A DNA stretch of 64,000 nucleotides from Octopus vulgaris. Taxonomy: Eukaryota. The stretch covers positions 54,002,001 through 54,066,000 of the forward strand of contig OX597824.1 of NCBI GenBank assembly GCA_951406725.2, written 5' to 3'. The translations under genes were made by a program, and so were the position numbers. The notes under the pieces were generated by a model. The model was not told where the DNA came from and searched no databases. It was given only the letters and a program-made list of their open reading frames with translations. Of this stretch, positions 53,338 through 64,000 are shown piece after piece; the stretch's first letter is position 1; the number at the start of each line of letters is the position of its first letter.

Positions 53338-53915
53338 CACCACCCTGAGGCTGTAACTGAAGGAGAAAATGTAACCATTCTGTGGGACTTTCCAGTACAT
53401 ACAGACCGAACCATCAAGGCCAATAAACCAGATATTGTTGTGAAAGACCAAAACAATAACGTTTGCTTATTGATCGACATGAGCATCCCCTGTGATCATA
53501 ATATCTCAGCGAAAGAGTTTGACAAGCTCAGAAAATATAAAGACCTACTCATTGAAATTGAGAAAATGTGACATCTCAAGGCGGTTACAATACCAGTGAT
53601 CGTAGGAGCACTAGGAATGATCAAGAAGGGAACCGAAAATTATATGAGAATGATCCCTGGCTTACCATCCCTGCAAGAAGTGCAAAAGATTGTCTTAACT
53701 GGTACATCACACGTATTGAGAAGAGCATTGTCGATGTGAGAACTGTTGCTGCTCATGTATTTTAATTTAACTTGAAAAAAAAAAAAATTTTAAATGAACG
53801 AACTATTGAGTTTGGTTTAATGGCCTACCAATGTATACTATGAGTTTCTTTGCCCTAGGAGTCAGGAAGACACTCGACAAGAAATGGAAGCAAATTTGAA
53901 AGAAGAAAAAAAAAG
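53338..53915 (+). mobile_element. R4/Dong-type non-LTR element 3' fragment (RLE domain + 3' UTR)
   Basis: HHPEAVTEGENVTILWDFPVHTDRTIKANKPDIVVKD...LLIDMSIPCDHN...KLRKYKDL..EIEKM*HLKAVTIPVIVGALG; PD..D motif; (AAT)n on both sides. Confidence 0.82.
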
Positions 53916-54399
53916 TAATAATAATAATAATAATAATAATAATCCTTCCTATTATAGGTACAAGGCCTGAAACTCCGTGGGGAGGGGAATAGTTGATTAC
54001 ACCATGCTTGACTGGTGTGTGCTTTTATCAACCATGAAAGGATGAAAGACAAAGTCAACTTTGGCAGTATCTGAACTCAGAATGTAAAGTTGGAAGAAAT
54101 ATTGATAAGCATTTTGTCCACGTGCTAACAATTCTGCCAGTTCACCATCTAATAAGAAGAAGAAAAGAAGAATAACAAAAATAATACTTTCAAATTTTGG
54201 TACAAGGCCAGCAATTTTGGGACAGGAGGTAAGTTGATCATATCAAACCCAGTGCTCAACTGATACTATTTTATTGATTGCAATAGGATGAAAAGCAAAG
54301 TTAACCTTGGAGGAATTAAAACTCAATGTAAAGATGGACAAAATGCTAAGAATTTTGCCCAGTTGGTTTGTAAGATTCTTGATGTGAATCTATGTGTTG

Positions 54400-54770
54400 A
54401 AACATATTTTGTTTTTCTCAGGAGAATCATTACATCAATGATAAACACATGCCTTGGTTCTTCTTTATTATTTAGCTGCCCGTTTGCTAACTTTTTAACC
54501 AATCAACTGTCTAATCATTTGGTAAATCAATTGATCAGTTAAGTTTCTCAGAGTCCTTTTGCTCCCTTTCATGATCTCATCAACGACATGCCCTCTCTAC
54601 TCCAGGTCTGCTTCATGTCTGTCAGAACTGATTGATTAACTGAACTATTAATCAAACAATTGATTAATTAACTGGTTAGCCCAAATGACAAAAAATGATA
54701 AAGAAATGAATTAGAACTAGTGTGTGTGTTCATTATTGGCATAGTGTCCCTCCTAAGAACAAAAATAATA
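54400..54770. repeat. Degenerate foldback/MITE
   Basis: tattttgtttttctcaggag...aatcaattgatcagtt vs aactgattgattaa...ctcctaagaacaaaaata. Confidence 0.45.
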
Positions 54771-55502
54771 ATATATAAACAGAAAACAGAAGGGTCAGTA
54801 TATAAAAAGTACAGTGATCAATACAGAATATTGACAGGAAAGCACTTTACAATAAAGAGACACTGTCAAGTTTGTTAAGAAAGCACATTAAATGCTATCT
54901 AAAGAAGTGATTTTAGGCACAAGATCTCATATTAGGGAGAGGGCTATACTTAACTTTATGTTATTGATTCTGGAAGGATGAAAAGCAAGATTGATCCTGA
55001 TGGAATTGAAATTCAGAATGTAAAAGGCTGGGGGGAAAAATGCAATCTAAATGGTATTTGTTGCTAAAGACTGAAGCAAAATTTCAACTTGTATTTACAG
55101 CTATACAAAAGAAAAAGAATTACTTTTTTCAACTGTATTTTGAGAATTGCTTATTATTCAACTATTTATATATTTATGTATCTATTTTGTAAAATAAAAA
55201 AAAATAATTTCAACAATACAGTCAACATAAATGAATTATATTTTATAAATTACAAGAAGCATAAATAATGTCTATAGACATATTTACTCCTTTGCACATT
55301 CACTTTTAAAAACAGAAACTTCACTCTGCCACTGTTCCAAGTTTCCTCTTACTGCTATGTTCCTCACAGAAATATGACAATAAGGACAAACTCAGAACAT
55401 AGATAGTTCCATTGCTTATGAGATTATATAGGAAAAAAATATTAAATAGCACACATTCAATTCAATGAAGAATTACAACTATACAACTACTTCAAAACTA
55501 AC

Positions 55503-55611
55503 CTCAGCATTTCTCAAGGATTTTATGAGAATTTGAATAGTATCTTCATAGGAGCGCCCAACCATACGTCCAAGTTTTTCATACATAGCTCCAATACATG
55601 CCACAGCAGAT
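55503..55611 (-). CDS. HEATR5B: HEATR5 coding exon (109 bp; missing from ORF track)
   Basis: SAVACIGAMYEKLGRMVGRSYEDTIQILIKSLRNAE; tttcag / gttagt; phase 2 in, phase 0 out. Confidence 0.92.
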
Positions 55612-55842
55612 CTGAAATGGATGTTGAACAGTTTATAGGATTTCTGAAATTACAATGTGTTCAAATTAACCAACCAATTTCTTTTTACAAATAACTATAC
55701 ATATGCAAGCCATGCAGTGGGAATTCCTGTGCTTGATTGTGAGGAGTCTTCAACAAACAAGGATACTAGTGATGATCTCATGAAGAACCCTATTTCAGCA
55801 AGCTTATGTCACAGAAAATATTATTTTAATTTACAGATACAG

Positions 55843-55884
<42 letters not shown>

Positions 55885-56130
55885 CATACCAGCTTGGGTA
55901 AAACCTAACCACATAAACAGTTAAAATATAGTCACTCCACCTTTAAGGAAAGACACTATCCTTTGCAAAAAGGTAGTCCTCACTTGAAAGACTGCAAAAA
56001 ATTTACTGAAATATGTGGAGTTAATATACTAAGTCAGGTGACAAAGCAAAAGCTCATATCATAACTCTTCAGTAAGCTGCTATATATAGCAAATCCACAG
56101 TCCATGTAATACAAGTTCATTCAGCATCAA

Positions 56131-56600
56131 TCATCATCATCATTTAACATAGGCTCTCCATGCTGGCATGGGTTGGATGGTTTGACAGGAGCTGCACCAT
56201 GCTTCACTGTCTATTTTGGCATAGTTTTACAGCTGGATGCCTTTCTTAACACCAACCACTCTGCAGAGTAGACTGAGTGCTTTTTACATGGCACCAGTAC
56301 AGGCAATGTGCAATACAGGCATGCATGAAAGACTGGGTGTAGGCAGAATTAGATGTAGTGTATAAGAAGACCACACTGATATCGACATATGAATTATCAT
56401 CATCATATAATGTCCATTGTCCATGCTGGCATGGATTGGATGGTTTGACCAGGCTAGTAAGCTGAGGGGATGCACAAGACTCCAGTCTAATTTGGCATGG
56501 TTTGTAGGGTTGGATGCCCTTCCTAATGCCAACCATTCAGAGTATAATGGGTGCTTTTTAATTCCACAAGCACAGGTGCCAGTTGCATGACACCAGTATC
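56131..56600 (-). mobile_element. Two tandem RTE-type 3' ends (further + strand copies ~57890-58078 and ~58725-58952)
   Basis: (catcat)n followed by ccatgctggcatgg..ggatggtttgac, reverse complement of 49130-49276. Confidence 0.72.
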
Positions 56601-56629
56601 TGCTACAACAACGATTTCACAATGCAAGT

Positions 56630-57035
56630 GATTCATCTTTGAGGTAGCCTGCAGAAGGATATCATAAAAGCAGTCTTTTTTTTCATTTGGTAGACGTGCG
56701 TGTGTGGGTGGGTATAAGCAGAAATAATTGTTGCTGTACTATTATGCTAAACTAGCCTGAACTTAAGTACTCTGTCATACACTTTGGCTTCCTCTATGAC
56801 CTTATCACTCCCTTTCTCTGCAAGAAGTATGCCCACACCACCCACTCCGTCACCTTCCCAGAAGAGTTTATACCTATGTGTCTTGTCTGTGAGGAACCTG
56901 GCTGAGGTTCCCCACCACCTTACCTCTTGAAAGCAACATGCATCAACACGCCTCCAATCAAGTATCTCAACAATCTCACCTGACCTACCTTTTAATGTGC
57001 TTACACTGACAGTGCCAAGTCTGAAAACTTGGAAA
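56630..57035 (-). mobile_element. Old RTE APE endonuclease fragment
   Basis: Minus strand FRLGTVSVSTLKGRSGEIVEILDWRRVDACCFQEVRW..SARFLTDKTHRYKLFW..GVGGVGILLAEK...ATIISAY, homologous to 45765-46090. Confidence 0.75.
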
Positions 57036-59129
57036 AGGACATGGAAGAGGGGATGGTATTCGGCATTTGAAAAGGTTTCAATGAGTGTTTGGTAATAGAC
57101 ATGTCATAAGGGTTGGTCTTGCTTTAATCCATTGGCATTCAATCATGTTAGAAAAATTGTTACCCCTATTGTGAGTGAGTGTATTACAAGTGTTTTTAAT
57201 AGGTGTTATTACTGCAGACATAAACTGGTCAAAGTTTAAATTTTCTGGTACAGAAGAGAGGCTATCCGTACTGGTGTTGGTGCAGGAGCAGAGCCTTGAA
57301 CAGAATCATTGTATAAAAGGAGGAATTTCCAGTATAAGAGAGGAGATTTTATACCACCCTATAGCTTTCTCTTTCTCCATGCACTACGCCTGCCTCTCTT
57401 CCATCTGCATACTGGCAACCTACCCAACCAAACACTAGCTCTCTCTCTCTGATCTTTCCAATGTCTACTATATACTCATTACTATTTTGCTGCTCTTCAC
57501 ATCCCTGTATCATTGGTCACCTTCTACTCACCCCTTATTCACATTCACTACAGCAACCTCTTCATTATATTCACTCCCTCACTCATTTCCCATACACTCT
57601 TACAACCTCTACTCACCCACTTCAGTTTTCAGTTTTCTGTCCACACCCACTTCTATAAATCTTGCACCCTGAGGGTTCGCTCAGACACTACATCCTCACT
57701 ATTTTTATTTCTTCTCAGTCTGACCCCCAATCATCCTGCCTTCCACTCTAAAATATGTATAGCAGTATAGTTCTGTTTACAGCAAGAAACCTGTTCTGAT
57801 CTGGACCCTTCTCATATATTTTAACCCATCATCTCCTAACATAAAGCTGCATCTCTCAGTTCATAATCTTACAAGCTGCATGGTACCTTCACTAGTACTG
57901 GTGGTATGAAAGAGGCACCCAGTACATGTTGTAAACTGTTTGGCATTAGGAAAGTCATTCAGCTGTAGAAACCATGCCAAAGGATCCAATAGGTTCAAGG
58001 ATTGCAATCCTTGAACCTATTGGATCCTTTCAAACTGCCTAACGTATACAAGTTTGGAACATGAACATATGATGATGACTATAAATGATTCAGCAGAATT
58101 TTATTAATTATATTCTCTTTTTCTTTTTTACTTTGTTATTTTGACTAATACAATGTAAATCGTTTATTTTAGTTATCTATGTTTTGGTTTCATTCTATTT
58201 CACCAAAATACCTTTTCTCTTTATTTAACGTTCATACTTGACTAATTTCAAATTTCAATTTACCATTCAGTAAAAATAGAAAATACATAAATCATTCAAC
58301 ACAATGATTTCCTTGATTAAGTCATAAAATTTAAGTTAATGCAAAATATTAATACTTACAGATTTTGTCTTAGCATATCAGTATTATATCATATTTAGAA
58401 TTATCTCCAGCTATTATTGATAATGAGATACACAAATCCATTTGTAAGTTTAAGCAGATAGTCTTACTAGGAACTATTTTACTAGTGCAATTTAGAGAGA
58501 GAAATAAAATATTTGGTACAAACCCAACAGCAGGGGTTTATAATAAAGAAAGAAACAAATGTAGCAGAATATGTCTTGTAAATGCAGAGGACAAAAACAA
58601 AAATAATATTTCTATAAAATATGATAATTGTTAACACTGGCACAAGGTCAACAATTATGGGAAGGGGACATAGTCTACAGCAGAAGTGTTAAGAACCCTG
58701 GTGAAGAGGAATGGACAACAAGAGTCCTGTGCCAGTGCCACATAATAAGCACTCATGTCTGTGCCACCTAAAAGTGCTCATGCGGTGCCATGTAAAAGCA
58801 CCCAACACACTCTGTAAAGAGGGTGGCATTAAGAAGGGCATCCAGCTGTAGAAACTATGCTAAATCAAACTGGAGCCTGGTGCAGCTCTCCAGCTTGCCA
58901 GCTCTGGTCAAACTGTCCAACCCATGCCAGCAATGGACAATGGATGATGATGAAAAGCAAAGTCAACCTGGAAGGATTTGAACTAAGACATAGCAAAATA
59001 CTGCATGGTATTTTAACTAGTGAGCTCACCATTTTCACATGAGGTGTTTACATTTTACATACACACGCACAGAGTTCTTACATGATAAAGAATATTTTTC
59101 ATAACTTTAGGACAAAAGAGAATTACTTA

Positions 59130-59369
<240 letters not shown>

Positions 59370-59746
59370 TTAGATTCATAGCGACTCCTATTGAGATTTA
59401 GTATTATTTTGAAGACATACTAAGTACCATTACCTTATCCATTCTTTTCTCTGAAACTATACAATGGCACAGAATTCTTGGAAGCTTGCAAGCAAACTGA
59501 ATCTAACTTTATTCCTAGTTGAAGACATTTTTACTAATGTAATTTGGAAAGTCATTAACAGGTTTCTCTATTTGCTAGTCTACTGCAAAGTAAGAAAGAG
59601 CCTGTTTCTTAACTTAGTAGATTGTAGTATAAAGTGTTACATATCTTGGTCAGAGGAATAACATAATAGTTATTGAAAGGTTTGAAATTATATCTACATA
59701 ATTAAAAGTTCCATACCTTAACCCAACTTAACTCCTTCATTGCGTG

Positions 59747-60463
59747 ACAAGGATGGGCTGAAAAGTTCATAGGATGACTAAGAAGGAGTGATGCTAGAGC
59801 CGTGGAATCTTGCATGCATTAACTTCAACTCTTCTTATTACATTGTTTCTTTCTAGTTAAACTGATATCTGATTATTCAAAGATTTCAAAAGTATGTTGT
59901 AGCAACTTTTCTTAAAAAATGGACAAAACTTTGCATTGTGGTCTTACCAAATACCTGTAGAAAAAGGGTTAACCCACCACCCAATGACATCCATGCTGAA
60001 ATGGTTGCTACATTAGAGGATGATGCTGGTTGCTACATTAGAGGACGATGCTCCAGCTTTATCAACAGCGCAAAAATAGGCAGCTGAATTTAGGAGGGAA
60101 AAGGAGAGTCATGAAGATGAACATCCTGCAGTTGCTACCACCAAGGAAAACATTGACTACGTTCACTACATAGTGATGGATGACAGGCAACTGACTATAA
60201 ATAAAACAACCAATACTATTAATATATCCCATGAGAGAGTTGAAAATATTCTGCACAATGAATCTGACATTGAAGTAGATCCAGCTGGTTTCCTAACCCA
60301 CAATAAGTGTTGGATTCATCACTTTGAACTAGAGACAAAGCGACAAGCCATGCAGTGGAAACAACCCTCCTCACTTGCTCCAAAGAGGGACAAGGTTGTT
60401 CCAACTGCAGGGAAAGTGATGGCCTCAGGTTTTTTTGGATGAACTTTTCAGCCAACCTTCATA
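59747..60463 (+). mobile_element. Internally deleted mariner element with both TIRs
   Basis: TIRs aaggatgggctgaaaagttcat / atgaacttttcagccaacctt; relic IHAEMVATLEDDAPALST, WIHHFELETKRQAMQWK, AGKVMAS. Confidence 0.78.
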
Positions 60464-61899
60464 CAATAGACATTTTTTCTTGCACGCAACAGTATTGATT
60501 ATGTACAACACTAAGTCACTATATTAAAAATACAAACCAAAAGATGTATTATTCTGTTAGTTTCATGAGAGGGAAATTCTTCACATTTTTAACATATTTT
60601 CACAGTTTTGTTGCAAATACGTGTAAAAAGAAAGTGGGGGAAAGAAAGAGGAAGCAGGAGAAAGAGAGGAAAATGAAGAGATAATTTCAGTCGTTTAAAT
60701 ATTATAATAACCCAAGAAAGTTTGAAAGTTGCTATTTTTTAAATACATGTTAACCTACCAAAACTGGCTTTATTATTTCCATAGTAATAAATGCTAAAAC
60801 ATTATTCATCTTCAGACTCAAGATGTTAAAAATTAAAAAAAACTTTTCACAGCCAGGTGAAGACCAATAGCCAACAATAAAAAAAAAATAGTAGGACACA
60901 ATGATATATGACGACACAGATGACAGCAGTTTTACAAATAACATTTTTTTACTGGTACACTGAATGGTTCATGGAAATGTAATTAAAGATTATACTAATT
61001 TTACAAAAATATTGTTATGTGGAAAACACTGAAAGATTTACAGGTAATTATCATCATTTAAGAAATTATTTCACAACATTCATAGTAGAACATGAATTGC
61101 ACGATTTCTTCAATCCTGCATAGAATAACCACTTACTCCAATCTACTCTTTTGCTCATTATTATATGTGGACAAAGGCAGAGTGTTGGATAAAATACTTT
61201 TCGATAGCTAGTTGCAGCTTAATGGTCAAATCTTGCACAGGTCAATTAAACTTTCAGCCTCCTGGATTATTAAACATCCAACATTCATACCAAGAGGTAA
61301 AATGAATGCCAAGCAAGTAAAAGATACCTACACTGCCTGCTTACTCTGCAAATTCATCCCAAATTCCAGCTTGGTTTTCTGATTTTGACAAAAGGATCTC
61401 TAACTAACTTTGTGAACCTCCACTATCTAAGGTAACTTTACATGCAGCACAGTTGGAAATAAAAACCACATTTGCTGTCTGCTTTCACTTTGCTCTAACA
61501 ACAAAGACCATCTCAAATTCCCCTTTTTGACCACAACTAGCTTGTCTCCACAATCTTATAGTTGCCAACTACTTGTCAATTCAGTTCAAAGTTTTCCTGT
61601 AAGTAAGAAGTCCCAAAACTAAACTCTTTTTTCAATAAAAATAAAAGTAAATTGATTTACCCAACCTTTGAAAGCACTCCCCTTGTGTGGCCACTAGTCA
61701 ATGACCAAAACTAGAAAACTAAACAAGAATATCTCATGATTGTCTATTAACAAGTATTTCTTACACATTTTAGTTGTCGCATTTTAGTTGTCAGGCCTTA
61801 AAGAGTTTTGGGTGTGGGCAAATTGACAAATAGTTCTCTGCTTGACAACTATAAGAAGGCAAAAGCAAGAATGAGATTATATAAGACAATAAGAAAGGG

Positions 61900-62195
61900 A
61901 TTGTTCTTCAGGATTTCAAGGCTACAACCTTCATTCATTTTAACAAGCACAAAGAATACCATAAGACTTGTGGCAAACATCATATAATACCCTACTTTGC
62001 ATTTGCAAGCAACAGAAAGCTGTTGAAGAATTGTGGCAAAGTGTGGATATCCCAAAAAATTCATCACAATATATACATGATGGTATACTGGCCAGATTTC
62101 AAAGCAACAAAGATATCAAAACCATTCTCTCTCTCCAATGGAGTGAAATAGGCTTATGTCCTTGCTCCTACCCTGTTCAGCCTCATATTTTCAGA
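61900..62195 (+). mobile_element. Old RTE/BovB-like RT relic
   Basis: KCGYPKKFIT..HDG...NGVK*.YVLAPTLFSLIF. Confidence 0.5.
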
Positions 62196-63591
62196 TGCCT
62201 TTTAAAGACACAGATATTAATATTGTAACTATCATAAAAACCCATGTAATTTTTGCACATTTTTTCACAAAAACAAAAATAAATTTTTGGTGAGTGCATA
62301 AATTACATCAATAGATCATTTCCAGAATTTTTTTAGAAATTTCTTTTGCTGAAAAATGACATGCAAGAAGTTAACTCATTTAATGTCAGAATATGTTTTT
62401 ACAAACTTTTTGAAGTTTGATGGCCATGCTGGTAATCACAGTCCAGGCCATATTTTACATTGATTGGAGTTTCTACCTATCGCAATGGAGCCCAGCAATT
62501 TCCTTCAATTGATCAGTTTTTCTCCACTTGGAGAATGTAGCTTGCATTTTCTCACTTTCTCCAAATTACGACACAATGAAATTCCTCACTGCCGATATCA
62601 CCTCTTTCTGCATCTAATGTCGACAACAACATCATCATCATAATTCATCCTTGCACACGTAAACTCACTAAAATAATCACTTTGTAATATAAAACCTCCA
62701 AATAAAGTACCATTACACAAAATTATCATTGATATAATAATATATAAATCATTATCTTTTATATTTTCATATACTAGACTTTTTACATCTCCTCATACCA
62801 CATATATAGATATACGTATAGAAAATAGTTAAACACTCCAAATATACCAATTAATATATTTATATCTCCACTTAATAAAAATTCAATAATTAAATCTTTT
62901 GAATAAAACCCAGCCAAAAACGGAAATCCACACAATAATTCCTACAGAAACCTTTATTTACCTTATACAATGTTTAATGTCGTTTCACATTCATGTTGAA
63001 TTATGCAGCAATCTTATGTTCTCTTCATAGAACACTTGTAATGTATGTATTAGCAGTTCTTTTGGTGTAGTAGATTTTTGCTATTCTTGTTTGTCTTCTC
63101 ACAGACATGTATATTCTAACAATTAGCTTCTTAAAATTCGCACCTCTCTTGTTCAATAAAAACTGAGTTAAACTTGCAAAGCTGTTTATTTTCTCCTTTT
63201 GATTTTTAATGTTTATTTTAGCGGGTTAACAAACTATCAGTTTGGCCTCCCAGCTAAAAAGGTAATGACAAATTTTAAAGTTTGCTTGACATTTTGTAAG
63301 GGTGAAAGGGATTAAAATTTCGATAACTCTGTATCAAAGGTTCTGACAAGAATAGGCAGAAAATCAGAGCTTGAGACAAGAAGACGCTTTCGACTAATCA
63401 GAATTCTTTTTACATAATCAGTTTGATCAGTCACCTTTATCGGTTGAGTAAAGTATTATCCAAGCTGATGTTTATTGGTAATTCAACTTATTTTGCAATA
63501 CTTGTGCGTATTTATCAGCTTTGTTTTTGTTGACAGGAATTATCAACAACTTTTCCTGTGATCATGATTTGAAAAAACATACAGAAGTATG

Positions 63592-64000
63592 TTAACCCTT
63601 TCGTTACTAACCCAGCCCCAAAATTTTTTGGTTCATAATACCAACCCGGCCAAGAGAACCTATTGTTATTTAAATGTAAATTTGAACCCAAATCTCATTG
63701 GTACATTTGTTAAAACACGTGATTTCACTTTGTAAATAGTTGGGTTATAGTATCCGACATTGCTTGACCTGATATCTGAACTCAGTGAATTTTGGGAGAT
63801 TTTTTTCCACATTTTTTTCGACATCGATTTTTCTTCAACTTTGAAAATGGATAGGAGTTTCATGTTATCAAGCATTGATTCCAAATTTAAAGCTTTTTCA
63901 ACAGAAAATAGGGAGATATCAAGAAAAAGAATGAATGAGGTACAAAAGCACATGGTGTACGAGAATGACTAGGATATTTCGGTATCCAAAACTGAAAGCA
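63592..64000 (+). mobile_element. Possible piggyBac-like element end (runs off window)
   Basis: TTAA immediately followed by CCCTTTCGTTACTAACCC; second end not visible. Confidence 0.35.

Noticed and set aside
59460-64000. HEATR5 start-codon exon or promoter
   Set aside because: No match to the expected N-terminal MEL...FEWLRFL-type peptide found by eye; probably beyond the window.

Overview
This is an AT-rich animal genomic window, not a prokaryotic one; the microsatellite load and SINE/LINE set suggest a cephalopod such as Octopus (inference). The only host gene is a HEATR5A/B orthologue on the minus strand: six GT-AG coding exons between 59342 and 33845 join in frame. Everything else appears intronic: very long (TA)n/(TAA)n tracts, a (TA)n-AATACATTA satellite, a near full-length CR1-group LINE, a tandem pair of GIY-YIG Penelope-like elements (PLEs), an RTE LINE with many relics, two R4/Dong-type fragments in (TAA)n, mariner relics, non-autonomous Helitrons, MITEs and tRNA-SINEs. 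The most notable signal is absent from the ORF track: seven type I hammerhead ribozyme motifs from about five repeat families, plus one degenerate candidate. They include compensatory core variants (U3-A8, G3-C8) and an A6U variant, and five lie on the HEATR5 pre-mRNA strand. Most ORFs in the supplied track are microsatellite artefacts. All folds and alignments were done by eye, and repeat boundaries are approximate.
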